From: an uncultured Rivularia sp.
Lineage (GTDB): Bacteria; Cyanobacteriota; Cyanobacteriia; Cyanobacteriales; Nostocaceae
NCBI GenBank assembly: GCA_963665115.1
Contig: OY762007.1
Span: 3,552,001 to 3,616,000, forward strand
Length of the DNA: 64,000 nucleotides
Direction of reading: 5' to 3'
This document shows, piece by piece, positions 31,618-42,038 of this stretch (position 1 is its first letter; each line of letters opens with the position of its first letter). The notes under the pieces were generated by a model. It was not told the origin of the DNA and did no database searches. It saw only the letters and a list, made by a program, of their open reading frames with translations. The position numbers and the translations under genes are program-made.

Positions 31618-31719
31618 CGCCACTTGCCTGACTGTCGGGGAACCCCTCCGGGTTCAACACTTTGATGGCAGCCGGGGAACCCTTCCACCGCAAGTGTTTC
31701 ACCGCCCAACGCAGTGGCT
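31618..31719. repeat. Nested SDR-like element related to the 29742 repeat (reverse orientation)
   Basis: CGCCACTTGC...GGGGAACCC...CAACGCAGTGGCT resembles the reverse complement of the 29742 unit, with a second GGGGAACCC unit inside. Confidence 0.55.
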
Positions 31720-32093
31720 TGTCAAGCATCGGTTTTTTATCTCCGTAATCTTCTGCCGGGAAGAAAGTTTATAAATGTATTACAGATCATTTAGGATTGC
31801 GATCTTATATTCTATTCTTCTATTCTAACTATTCTCAAAAACTATATTATATACAGCTAAAGTTAATCGATAAACACAAACAAATAAGACATTTTGTCAT
31901 ACATCAATAAAAATAATTGATACACTTGATGTCATGATTTACAACCAAGAAAAATAAATTTTATTACCAAAAATAATTAGAATATTTGTTGCAATATTAC
32001 TTTTAATTAACGTAACGATAAATACCTTCTTAATGATATGATTGTTTGCGGCAATCATTTGTAAACTATTTGACTCAAGAGAGAAAAGCCTGC

Positions 32094-32918
32094 ATGACAC
32101 CACAAGCTATTGCAAATCCTCCACAGCAAGATTTTGCTACTAATTCTAATAAATCATTATCTGTTGTAATTGAAGGGGAAAAAGCTACATCTGTTAATCA
32201 ACTTCCTCAATCTTGGCAAGATATTTTTACGGGTAAATCTAATACGAAACTTTCTAACGCTGAAGATTATGTGAAAATGGCGCAGCTATTTCTTCACAAG
32301 ATGTCTCGTGGTGATGTAGATTTATTCAATGAATCGGAACATTTACAGCACTTAAAGCCTGCTTTTTGTGAAATCTTTGGTAGTTTAGCTTGGCAAGCTC
32401 TTGAGTTTTACGGCAAAGATTTTGATGTAGATAGATATCCTAATTTTGACTCAGTTGAAAAAGAACTTTCTCCAGAAGATGAAGAGTATACCGAGCGCAA
32501 ACAAATTGTAGAAATTGGTAAAGCTTTGTTTGCAGAGTTTGGTTACGATTTACCAGCTTCTTTTTATCACGTACATTTAGCCCCGGCTTATAGAGAAGAA
32601 GTTTCGGAAATTCGTCCCTTAAGATTTTCTGAAGAAGATAAAAATAATGCTCGTGCTTGGGATGCTTCTTTACACGGACAAAAAGTATTTCCGATTCAGT
32701 TGATGGTACAAAGTATTTCTTCTAAACACGGGTTTTTTCAAGAACATGGTTGTGGTTGTAATCACGCTATGGCTAGAGTAGGTTCTACCGATACTTCTTT
32801 TAATTATCAAATCCGTCCAGAAATGCGTAATACCTGGATTCGCGACTTTATTTGGACTGTTTGGTATGAGTATGCTTTCTTTAAGTTTACGCCAGTAACT
32901 CGTTTTTTAGTTGATTAA
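32094..32918 (+). CDS. Hypothetical protein with HGCGCNH motif
   Basis: 274-aa ORF; no family recognised. Confidence 0.78.
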   Translation: MTPQAIANPPQQDFATNSNKSLSVVIEGEKATSVNQLPQSWQDIFTGKSNTKLSNAEDYVKMAQLFLHKMSRGDVDLFNESEHLQHLKPAFCEIFGSLAWQALEFYGKDFDVDRYPNFDSVEKELSPEDEEYTERKQIVEIGKALFAEFGYDLPASFYHVHLAPAYREEVSEIRPLRFSEEDKNNARAWDASLHGQKVFPIQLMVQSISSKHGFFQEHGCGCNHAMARVGSTDTSFNYQIRPEMRNTWIRDFIWTVWYEYAFFKFTPVTRFLVD

Positions 32919-33159
32919 AAAGATACGTAGATATCTAATTTGGAATTGTTATTAGTTGGTTAAGATGTTTAAGCTTTCTTAACCGGCTTTTATCTTTGAA
33001 AAAAAGAATCAGGTTTAAGTTAAAGGGCTAAAGCCCTTACTACGAACGAACCTATTTTTTATCTATTTATTTAGTTAATTAACTGCTAATTCCATGCATT
33101 AATATTTTGAGATGTTATGATTTGTTGGAAATTAGTTTTCAAATGGTAGGAGTCTTAGT

Positions 33160-33420
33160 ATGGGTAATCCGTCACCACCAAGTTATCCGAGTAAACCGAA
33201 AATGCTGCAAAGTCTGTTTTCGGAAGCATATAAAACCGCGAAACAGGGATTATGTGGAGATAGAGTTCTCGCTGAAGATAGTAAAGTAAAAAAAAGATTA
33301 GAAATTTGTGCCAATTGTGAAAAATATGATGCTGAAGCCAAGCGTTGTACTTTATGCGGATGTTTTATGTTGGTAAAGGCAAATATTGAAACTTCCGAAT
33401 GTCCGGATGGTAAGTGGTAG
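33160..33420 (+). CDS. Small Cys-rich protein (DUF6171-like)
   Basis: AGGAG RBS; RLEICANC...RCTLCGCF..VKA.....CPDGKW. Confidence 0.8.
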   Translation: MGNPSPPSYPSKPKMLQSLFSEAYKTAKQGLCGDRVLAEDSKVKKRLEICANCEKYDAEAKRCTLCGCFMLVKANIETSECPDGKW

Positions 33421-33444
33421 GCTCGTATTATTGGCGATAATTTT

Positions 33445-33912
33445 ATGGTTGTTAAATCTCTCGTTGAGTATCCCAATCCTTTGTTAAGAGAAGTATCAAC
33501 TAAAGTTGATGTTTTTGATTCAGATTTGCAAGTTTTGGTTAAAGATTTAATTGATACAATGCTTGCTGAAGATTCGATGGGATTAGCTGCACCTCAGATT
33601 GGCAAGTTGAAACGAGTATTTGTTTTAAATCAGAAACGTGTTGCAGGTGACAAAAGTAAAAATTATCAATCTGAAGATATATTGTGTATTGTTAATCCTG
33701 AAATAGAATTGCAAGAGAATTTAATTGATTCAAGTGAAGGATGTTTGAGCTTTCCAGGAAGAAGAGAAACTGTAAAACGTTTTAATAAAATAAGCATAAA
33801 AGCTTTTGATCGAGAAAATCAAGCTTTTACTCTTGCTGGTGACGGGATGTTATCGATTCTTATTCAGCATGAAATCGATCATTTGAATGGGATTCTTTTT
33901 ATTGATAATTGA
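33445..33912 (+). CDS. def: Peptide deformylase (short form)
   Basis: Motifs GLAAPQIG, EGCLS, QHEIDHLNG. Confidence 0.93.
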   Translation: MVVKSLVEYPNPLLREVSTKVDVFDSDLQVLVKDLIDTMLAEDSMGLAAPQIGKLKRVFVLNQKRVAGDKSKNYQSEDILCIVNPEIELQENLIDSSEGCLSFPGRRETVKRFNKISIKAFDRENQAFTLAGDGMLSILIQHEIDHLNGILFIDN

Positions 33913-33929
33913 TAATTGATAATTGATAA

Positions 33930-34730
33930 TTACTTAATTAATTGGTCGTTTTTGTTGAAAAACTGATGGGAAAGGGCTTTAGTCAGCAATATTGTTGTTA
34001 ATAGGTTGCTAAGTGCCACCATAAACATAAGTAGAATTTGATAGGATGCTGCTTCTGATGCGGTTTGGAAGGGATTTTTGTCGTAATCAACACCGCTTAT
34101 TATTAATCCACTCATAAATCCGGGTATTGTTATCATTCCGATTATCATCATTTGATTGATGGTGGGAATTAAGCCAGCACGGATGGAATCTTTTTTATAC
34201 TGCTGAATTGCTTGTTGCGGAGTTGCACCCAAACTCAGGTGAGTTTCTATTTCTGTATGACTTGCATTGATTGTGCTAACAAAACGTTCTCCTGCGATCG
34301 CGGCGGCGTTCATGGCACTACCTAATACAAATCCGGCTAGGGGAATTACGTATTGTGCCTGGAATAATCTATCGGGTTGAATTATCAGAAAATTTGCATA
34401 AATCAAGGTGAATGCCGTACTCAAAAACATTGAAACCCACACCAAAGGAAAAATTCCGGGCATTTTCTGAGTAATCCGATTTTTGGCGACAATCGCTGCA
34501 AGAGTTAGCATTACTGCTAAAATCGCTAAAACTGCCCAAAAATTATCTAAAGCGAGAATGAAGTCTAAAATATATCCCAACACCACCAACTGTAAGATTG
34601 TTCTGACGGTGGCGAGAGCTAAATTTAATTCCAGTCCGATTTTCTGCCAAAAAGATAAACCGATGGCTATAACCATTAATCCCGAAGCAATACCCAAGTC
34701 TAAGAAATCTAGTTCTATCAGTTCTGACAT
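33930..34730 (-). CDS. fetB: FetB/UPF0014 family ABC permease
   Basis: RTILQL..LGYIL, YVIPLAG, IETHLSLGATP, PTINQM..GMITIPGFMSG..ISG. Confidence 0.88.
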   Translation of the reverse strand: MSELIELDFLDLGIASGLMVIAIGLSFWQKIGLELNLALATVRTILQLVVLGYILDFILALDNFWAVLAILAVMLTLAAIVAKNRITQKMPGIFPLVWVSMFLSTAFTLIYANFLIIQPDRLFQAQYVIPLAGFVLGSAMNAAAIAGERFVSTINASHTEIETHLSLGATPQQAIQQYKKDSIRAGLIPTINQMMIIGMITIPGFMSGLIISGVDYDKNPFQTASEAASYQILLMFMVALSNLLTTILLTKALSHQFFNKNDQLIK

Positions 34731-34770
34731 CTGAATTTTTGATTAAAATTACTATTTATTTTGCTACTAA

Positions 34771-34989
34771 TACCATTTCTTTATAAAGATGCGCTTAATT
34801 TAGCCCACGCAGGTGGGCTTTGTTCGAGTAGCCCTACTCTTCCAGAGTGAGGGCGATTTAGCGCAGCCTCATACAAAATTGCGACTAAGCTGTTACGCAC
34901 TTAATTTGTATAGTACTAGCGGGCTGTTCGGCCAGCACTACAATAATTCCAAATTTTTTTTAAATACAACTTAGCTGCACATCAGCTTA
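34771..34989. repeat. Cluster of two degenerate MITE-like elements, the first carrying a REP-like core
   Basis: REP AGCCCACGCAGGTGGGCT at 34802; TAAGCTG...CAGCTTA inverted ends at ~34886-34989. Confidence 0.55.
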
Positions 34990-35278
34990 TCTATAGACTT
35001 TTAGACTCTACTAAGCAGAAGTAAATTAAGACAGGCTGCTACTTGACGAAATTAAAATCTAAGTATTTTTTCTCGGATTAAGCCAGTTACCTGGCGTATC
35101 AATATACGAAGTCAAACATTTTAGACAATAGCAAAACCTAGATGTTATATTGCCGATAATTAAGTGAAACTCTTGTTAATTGAGTATTATGGGCGACAGT
35201 CCTAAGCGGCAAATACGATTAAAAATTTAACAAGTCCCGAAGGCACTATCATCTACATTCATATAACAAAAAAAGCTC

Positions 35279-36403
35279 ATGATACAAAGTGTAAGTTCTA
35301 TTCCTGCTTTTGATAATAAACAGCAATATTCTACTATCGCCACAGAGGTGAGTGAAGCTGTTTTAGAAGTTCTATCTTCGGGACGTTATATTGGTGGCCC
35401 TTTAGTGGAACAGTTGGAGCAAAAGCTTGCTGCTTATACAAATGTCAATGAATGCGTAGCTTGTAATTCAGGTACGGATGCACTTTACTTAGCTTTAAGA
35501 GCCTACGATATTGGTGGGGGAGATGAGGTAATTACGACACCTTTTACTTTCGTGGCTACCTGTGAAACGATCAGCGCAGTAGGTGCAAAGCCGGTATTCG
35601 TCGATATTGATGCTTCTACTTACAATTTGGATTTGCAGCAAGTTGCAGCAGCCATAACACCTAATACCAAAGCTATTATTCCAGTTCATTTATTTGGACA
35701 ACCCGTTAACATGACAGCGTTGATGGAATTAGCTTCAGCCAAAAATTTAATAGTAATAGAAGATTGCGCTCAGTCTACAGGAGCGGTTTGGGATAAACAA
35801 AAAGTAGGAAGCATCGGAGATATTGGTTGCTTCAGCTTTTACCCCACCAAGAATTTAGGTGGATGTGGCGATGGTGGTGCAATTACCATCAATGATGCAG
35901 AAATTGCTCAAAAAATCCGAGTATTAAAAGATCACGGGCAGAAAACTAAATATCACTACGAAGAAATTGGTGTAAATAGCAGATTAGATTCGATTCAAGC
36001 AGCTATCTTGCTAATTAAATTACGTTATTTAGATTCTTGGAATACTTTAAGACAGAAAATAGCCGCTCGCTATCACCAATCACTCAAGCACATTCCCAGC
36101 ATTATGGTTCCTCAACAATTATCTGGAGGAGCGGGAGTATGGAATCAATACACCATTAGCGTATTGGATGGGAAAAGAGATTTATTACAAAATCGCTTAA
36201 AAGAAATGGGTGTAAATACATCAATTTACTATCCTCGCCCCCTACATTTACAGCCAGTTTATCAAAGCTTGGGTTATCATCCCGGACAATTACCAGTAGC
36301 AGAGCAAGCTTGCAACCAAGTTTTATCTTTACCCATGTTCCCAGAGCTTAGTGAAGAACAGCAAGATCGGGTGGTTTATAGTATTAAAGAAATTATGGGT
36401 TAA
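35279..36403 (+). CDS. DegT/DnrJ/EryC1/StrS PLP-dependent aminotransferase
   Basis: NSGTDAL, PVHLFG, EDCAQS, SFYPTKNLGGCGDGG, NSRLD. Confidence 0.94.
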   Translation: MIQSVSSIPAFDNKQQYSTIATEVSEAVLEVLSSGRYIGGPLVEQLEQKLAAYTNVNECVACNSGTDALYLALRAYDIGGGDEVITTPFTFVATCETISAVGAKPVFVDIDASTYNLDLQQVAAAITPNTKAIIPVHLFGQPVNMTALMELASAKNLIVIEDCAQSTGAVWDKQKVGSIGDIGCFSFYPTKNLGGCGDGGAITINDAEIAQKIRVLKDHGQKTKYHYEEIGVNSRLDSIQAAILLIKLRYLDSWNTLRQKIAARYHQSLKHIPSIMVPQQLSGGAGVWNQYTISVLDGKRDLLQNRLKEMGVNTSIYYPRPLHLQPVYQSLGYHPGQLPVAEQACNQVLSLPMFPELSEEQQDRVVYSIKEIMG

Positions 36404-36457
36404 ACAATGTAGAGACGTAGCATTGCTACGTCTCCCCGTGTTTTGAATTGTGACGAA

Positions 36458-36537
36458 AATTCCTAATTCCTAATTCCTAATTCCTAATTCTAAATTCTAA
36501 ATTCTAAATTATTAATTCCTAACTCCTAATTCCTAAC
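36458..36537. repeat. STRR heptamer tandem repeat (ATTCCTA/ATTCTAA)n between two REP palindromes
   Basis: Seen directly between convergent genes. Confidence 0.85.
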
Positions 36538-36575
36538 TGAATAAAAGACGTAGCAATGCTACGTCTCTACACCTT

Positions 36576-37319
36576 TTAATTCCTAACTTTCTCTGCCGTT
36601 GTAATCGCTTCAACCAAACCGCGTACAGCAGCAATCATCGCTACTTCACTATTAAGCTGGTTAATTGCCGAACCTACTCCGACACCAGCAGCACCACTGG
36701 CGATCGCTAAGGGTGCGGTGACGTTGGAAATTCCGGAAGCGCAAAGTACGGGAACGGATACAGCGCGAGAGATTTCGTAAGCTGCTGCTAAGGTGGGAGA
36801 TGCTTTTTCGATTAATCCTAAAGTACCTGCATTTTGAGGTTTGCTGCTGGTACCGCCTTCGGTTTGAATAATATCTGCACCCGATGCTACTAATTCTTCT
36901 GCTAACTGTACCTGTTTGTCTAAAGTAAGGATATGGGGAACGGTAACAGAAAGGGTGATTCGGGGAAGTAAAGCGCGGGTTTGTTTTGTTAATGCTAAAA
37001 CTTCTTCGGCTTCAAATCTGATTCCTTGAGTGTAGAAACTATCAAAGTTACCTATTTCAATTAAATCGGCACCAGCTGCAACAGCTTTAAGAAACTTTTC
37101 GGGTTCTACTGCCGAAACACAAATCGGTAAATCGGTCAATTCTTTCGCCATTTTTACCAAATCGGCATCGGCAGCGATATCAAGAAAAGTTGCACCACCG
37201 TGATGTGCTGCTTTGACGGTTGCAGCAACGCGGTTGGTATCAAAATTGTTCAAGCCACTGATGACTTTAAGGACGCGGCGATCGGTAAATGCACGTTCTA
37301 ACGTAGAGTTCATAATCAT
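36576..37319 (-). CDS. DUF561/Ycf23 family protein
   Basis: LKVISGLNNFD, DIAAD, EIGNFDSFY, LSVTVPH, IQTEGG, GVGVGSAIN. Confidence 0.9.
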   Translation of the reverse strand: MIMNSTLERAFTDRRVLKVISGLNNFDTNRVAATVKAAHHGGATFLDIAADADLVKMAKELTDLPICVSAVEPEKFLKAVAAGADLIEIGNFDSFYTQGIRFEAEEVLALTKQTRALLPRITLSVTVPHILTLDKQVQLAEELVASGADIIQTEGGTSSKPQNAGTLGLIEKASPTLAAAYEISRAVSVPVLCASGISNVTAPLAIASGAAGVGVGSAINQLNSEVAMIAAVRGLVEAITTAEKVRN

Positions 37320-37416
37320 AAAAAAATGTGTGATGCTGGGCAAATATGAATTATTTTACCTTCACTGCGTTATTTTAGACCTAAAGAACAAATTTTCCTA
37401 TACCCAAATTTTAAAA

Positions 37417-38008
37417 TTATTCTTCTTGATTCGTAAAATCAACTTGTTCGTAAAGCTCGCTAAGTTGAATTTGCAAGTCAATTGTTTGCAGCGATAAAGT
37501 TTTTTCTTTTCCTTCTAATTCTGTTAATAACCATTTATTTTCGGCAGTTTTAACGTACTGCATAACATAATAGTTATACTGGTCTATTAAAATATATTCT
37601 TTAAATTCTGGAATCGAGCGATAATATAAAAATTTATCTCCTTGGTCATAATTCTTAGTAGATTTTGATAATACTTCAGCTATTAAAGAAGGATTCATCA
37701 CCGTGGTTGTATTAGTTCCTGTATAAACAGGTTCTCCCTCAATTAGCATTACCTATTTGATAAGTATGTTGACGATATCTTGGTATCCATAATCTCACAT
37801 CTGACATATAAACATCATATTTTTGACCTCTAAGGGTAATTTTTAATGATGCTGCAAGATTTAATGTAATTTTATTATGATTGGTGGTGCCACCTATAAT
37901 TGGGACAATTTCCCCGTCGCGATATTCGCCTCTAAATTCGGTATTTTCTTCAAGTTCTAAATATTGTTCGGGTGTATAAAAATTTTTTTTAATTTCTAAC
38001 TGCATCAC
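37417..38008 (-). pseudogene. Uma2 family endonuclease, frameshifted at ~37752-37760
   Basis: YTPEQYLELE, EYRDGEI, GGTTNHN, DVRLWIP then IAEVLSKST..YD.GDKF.YYRSIP..EYILIDQ in another frame; the YPD motif is disrupted. Confidence 0.85.
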
Positions 38009-38072
38009 GGTACTATTTGTTTGTTATCTACTAAACTATTATGGCGTATGCGATTTTTCAAAGCAAAGGATA

Positions 38073-40364
38073 TCAAACCGGAATCTTAATGACAAATTTA
38101 GCGCCATTTCCCGGTGAAGAAATACATTCTAAAGTTCCCCCGTGTTTTTCTGTCACGATTTGATAACTAATTGATAATCCCAAACCAGTACCTTTGCCTT
38201 CTATCTTAGTAGTGAAGAAAGCATCAAATAACTTCGGTTTTGCTTGTAAAGGAATTCCCGTTCCATTATCTGCAATGATTACAATTGCCCAGTTATCATC
38301 GGCTGCGGTTGTAATTATAATTGTGTTGGGATTTTGCTCTATTTCTTCATATATTTTATCTTGATTTGATTCTTCTAAAGCATCGATAGCGTTAGAAATT
38401 AAATTCATAAATACTTGATTTATTTGACCGTAATAGCATTCAACTAAAGGTAAATCGGCGTAGTTTTTGACTATTTTTATTTCTGGACGTTCGGGTTTTG
38501 CTTTGAGACGATGAGATAAAATCATCAAGGTAGTATCGATACCTTCATGTAAGTTTACTGCTTTCTTTTCATCGGAGTTTGTACGCGAATAATTACGTAA
38601 TGAAAGCATAATATCCTTGATGCGATCTGTTCCTAACTTCATCGAAGAAATCATTTTAGGCAAATCTTCGAGTAAGTATTCTAAGTCAATCGCTTCAATT
38701 TCTTCTTCGATGACATCTCCAGGGGAAGGAAATTCTTTTCGATATAAATTTAGTAAGTAAATCAGGTCTTTTAAATATTCTTTTGCATGGGATAAATTAC
38801 CAGCAATGAAACCAACGGGATTGTTTACTTCATGTGCTACACCAGCAACCAATTGTCCGAGTTGGGAAATTTTTTCAGTTTGTATAAGTTGCGATTGAGT
38901 CGATTGTAATTTAATTAAAGTTTGCTCTAATTCTTGCGTGCGCTGTTTTAAAATGTTTTCAGTTTGTTTCCTTCGGCTAATATCTCGCACAATTGTCAAT
39001 GCATGAGGTTTGCCATTATAAATATAAGATGTGGCTTTGATCTCAATATCAAATAAAGTACCATTTTTCTGAATACAAGTAGCTTGGCAATAAAATTCTT
39101 TACCAGCTTGCACGGTTGAAAGAAACTCGCTAAATAAATGAAGAGAGTTAGCATGAATATAATCAGAGGAACTTAAATTCATGAATTCTTCACTGGAATA
39201 ACCATACATCTGACACAATGTCGGATTTACAGCAATAGGTTTACCAGTTTCTAAATCAAATATCGATAGTCCATCATTTACAGTTTCAAAAATGCTGCGG
39301 TATTGTTCTTCTTTTTGCTGTAAAGCTTTTTCTATGCTTTTACGTTTAATCGCAACAGCAATTTCTCCCGCAATGAAACTTAATACATTAAGGGCACTTT
39401 GATTTAATGGCTGTTTAGAAAACATTGCGACTACACCCATAAGTTCCGAATCAGCAATCAAAGGATATCCAGCAAAAGCTACCATTCCTTCACGAATAGC
39501 CCATTCTTTATTGCTTACTCTTTCATCGGTTTGAACAGTATTAGTAATATGAGGTTTACGCTCTTGAGCTATTAAGCCAATTTTGAATTTACCTACAGGA
39601 ATGCTGCCGTGTGCGCCATCAATATGCGTATAGATTCCAGCACTGGATTCTAAATGTAATAATTTTTCTTGGGGATTATGAGTCCAAATTCTTGCAAATT
39701 CTACATTTAAGTAAGACGTTATTATTTCCGTGCATTTTTGCAGCATTTCTTGCAAATTTCTGGTTTTAGCTAGGGTTGAATCAATTTCACTTCTAAACTT
39801 AAGAATTCGTGATTTTTCTTCTTCGCTAGCAAATAAACGAGCATTTCTAATTGCAATAGCAACTTGAGAAGCAAGTATTTTGATAATTTCTAATTTGAAC
39901 AGCGTAAATGCGTTTGTTTTTAGATTATTCTCTAAATAAACAATACCGATAAATTTGTGTTTAAAATTAACTGGAATGCATACAATAGATTTACACTTAT
40001 GTTGCTTAATGTAAATATCATCATTGTAAATGGAATCTATTGCATTCGGAATTATGAGACTTTCTTGAAAATTGATAACATAGTTAATGATTTCTTGCGG
40101 TATATTAGAACACTCAGCTACTGGAATTGATTTGACTATTTCATTTTTCTCTTCGCTATTCTCAATCGCTTCTACAATCGCCTCTACAAAAAAAAATTTC
40201 TTCTTTTTCAGAATTAAACAACCTTTTTGAGCGCCAGCATTTTCTACAATAATATTTAGCACCCTGCAAGGTAAATTTTCTATATTAATTTCGCTTTGTA
40301 TCGCTTCTGAAGCTTTTACGACTGTAGTTAAGTCAAAAAGTTGACTAGCGCTGTAGGAAAGCAT
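38073..40364 (-). CDS. GAF-GAF-PAS sensor histidine kinase
   Basis: Two GAF domains, a PAS domain, H-box AGVAHEVNNP, NQVFMNLISNAIDA, DNGTGI, FFTTK..GKGTGLGLSIS. Confidence 0.93.
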   Translation of the reverse strand: MLSYSASQLFDLTTVVKASEAIQSEINIENLPCRVLNIIVENAGAQKGCLILKKKKFFFVEAIVEAIENSEEKNEIVKSIPVAECSNIPQEIINYVINFQESLIIPNAIDSIYNDDIYIKQHKCKSIVCIPVNFKHKFIGIVYLENNLKTNAFTLFKLEIIKILASQVAIAIRNARLFASEEEKSRILKFRSEIDSTLAKTRNLQEMLQKCTEIITSYLNVEFARIWTHNPQEKLLHLESSAGIYTHIDGAHGSIPVGKFKIGLIAQERKPHITNTVQTDERVSNKEWAIREGMVAFAGYPLIADSELMGVVAMFSKQPLNQSALNVLSFIAGEIAVAIKRKSIEKALQQKEEQYRSIFETVNDGLSIFDLETGKPIAVNPTLCQMYGYSSEEFMNLSSSDYIHANSLHLFSEFLSTVQAGKEFYCQATCIQKNGTLFDIEIKATSYIYNGKPHALTIVRDISRRKQTENILKQRTQELEQTLIKLQSTQSQLIQTEKISQLGQLVAGVAHEVNNPVGFIAGNLSHAKEYLKDLIYLLNLYRKEFPSPGDVIEEEIEAIDLEYLLEDLPKMISSMKLGTDRIKDIMLSLRNYSRTNSDEKKAVNLHEGIDTTLMILSHRLKAKPERPEIKIVKNYADLPLVECYYGQINQVFMNLISNAIDALEESNQDKIYEEIEQNPNTIIITTAADDNWAIVIIADNGTGIPLQAKPKLFDAFFTTKIEGKGTGLGLSISYQIVTEKHGGTLECISSPGNGAKFVIKIPV

Positions 40365-40526
40365 CGATCCACCCCTTCAAATAGTATTGCCCATTATTTA
40401 TAGTTCCCAGAATCAAAGCAGGAATCGACATCATTTTATTTAGATCGGTATTTTCAGTAATGTTTAAATACTTATAAATTCGATGATAATCTAAAATATC
40501 GAATTAATAATTTTAATAACATTCTT

Positions 40527-40740
40527 AGATCTTACGCAGTGAAACCAAAAATTAAGGTTTTAGGCTATAAGGAAAAGGGAACGGGGAACTCAACTCTTAC
40601 AGCAGATTTCATTTAAGTGAGGTACACATCGTTTCTAGAGGAAGTAGTGAGTAGGGAGTAGGGAGTAGGGAAATGTACCTCATATACCTGCAAAGTGCTG
40701 TAACTACAGCGATTTTAAATATCTAAGTGCGGCGATTCCT
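40527..40740. mobile_element. MITE family A (reverse) interrupted by a second MITE (40598-40702)
   Basis: Outer ends AGATCTTACGCA / TGCGGCGATTCCT; inner TACAGCAG...GAGGTACA / TGTACCTC...TGCTGTA with STRR inside. Confidence 0.72.
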
Positions 40741-40912
40741 AATTTTGATACAACTTTTTCTCTCAGAAGTGCCAGCTATTTGTTATTAGGCGATGAGTCG
40801 CGCTTAACAGCGTTCGCCTAATAGCGCGGTTCATTGCCACTTGTCCTATAGTTGCCTGTAGACTCGTATCATAAAAATAGATATAAAGTGTGATTTAGGA
40901 TTACGGCATAAT

Positions 40913-41767
40913 ATGGGCAGTGTTTGGGAATTAGATTACTACTCGCGTCCGATTTTGGATGAGAATAAGAAGAAAGTTTGGGAAGTCTTGATTTGTGAAA
41001 CTCATAAAGATATAAGCAGCAAGACTGATTCCTTGTTTCGCTATGCTAAATACTGCTCCAGCGCAACGGTAAACTCTGTATGGTTGCAAACGGCTTTGCA
41101 GGAAGCCATAGATAAAGCAGGAGAAACACCAGTCAAAATCCGCTTTTTCCGCCGTCAAATGAACAATATGATTACCAAAGCTTGCGAAGATATTGGTATT
41201 CCAGCGCAAGCGAGCCGTCGGACATTAGTGCTTAATCAATGGCTGGAACAGCGGATGGAAGAAGTTTATCCCCAAGAAGCTGGTTTTCAAGAAGGTTCAA
41301 GTCCCTCGGTACGATTGGATTCTCCTTTACCTCAGCGCTTACCCGATGCTTTAGAAGGAGAGCAATTACAATTTGTGACCTTGAGAGGTGCGGATTTTGC
41401 TGATATGCCAGAGTGGAATATTGATTTTGGTGAAGCTTTTCCCCTGGATTTAGTAGGAATTTCTGCTGAAACTAAGATACCTGGAGTTTTGATTTTTTCA
41501 AATCGAGCATTACCCATAGCTGCTTGGATGTCGGGTTTAGAATTAGCTTGGTTAAAGTTTGATACTTCCAAACAAGCAAGATTACTTCTAGAAACAGGTG
41601 CAACTGAAAGTTGGATTTTAGCAAATATCAAAAATCCTCAAATGCAAACAGAAGCAAAAAATTTTGAACAAGCCAAACAACAAGCTAACGGTGTTCATTT
41701 TATTGGAGTACAGTCAGATTCTAATTCGGAATCCTTTGCTGGGTTTTGGTTGCTAAGAGAGATTTGA
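40913..41767 (+). CDS. Tab2/Atab2 family RNA-binding protein
   Basis: WELDYYSRPILDE.KKKVWE, VNSVWL, RFFRRQM, P.RLPDAL.GE, LAAWMSGLE-like, FAGFWLL. Confidence 0.9.
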   Translation: MGSVWELDYYSRPILDENKKKVWEVLICETHKDISSKTDSLFRYAKYCSSATVNSVWLQTALQEAIDKAGETPVKIRFFRRQMNNMITKACEDIGIPAQASRRTLVLNQWLEQRMEEVYPQEAGFQEGSSPSVRLDSPLPQRLPDALEGEQLQFVTLRGADFADMPEWNIDFGEAFPLDLVGISAETKIPGVLIFSNRALPIAAWMSGLELAWLKFDTSKQARLLLETGATESWILANIKNPQMQTEAKNFEQAKQQANGVHFIGVQSDSNSESFAGFWLLREI

Positions 41768-41774
41768 GAAAATT

Positions 41775-41942
41775 GGGGGAGGGGAGAGGGGGGAGAGGGG
41801 GAAGAGGGGGAAGAGGGGGAAGAGGGGGAAGAGGGGGGAGAGGGGGAGAAATTAGTTCCTAACTCGCTACTTGCTACTTGCTACTCGCTACTCGCTACTT
41901 GCTACTCCTAACTCCCAACTCTCAACTCCTAATTCCTAACTG
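41775..41942. repeat. Compound tandem repeat: (GAGGGGGAA)n followed by (CTACTCG/CTACTTG)n and (CCTAACT)n
   Basis: Seen directly. Confidence 0.85.
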
Positions 41943-42038
41943 ATCGCTGTTCACTGGTGACTGTTCACTGATATCCTTATTTCCTGTTGGCTAATAACTT
42001 AGCAACTAATCACTAACCACTAACCACTATCAACCGAA

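Noticed and set aside
33183..33476. Antisense and overlapping short ORFs here and throughout the track (e.g. 1281-1517, 50570-50845, 54501-55064, 57532-57807)
   Set aside because: Shadow frames of well-supported genes or repeat-derived; no independent motifs
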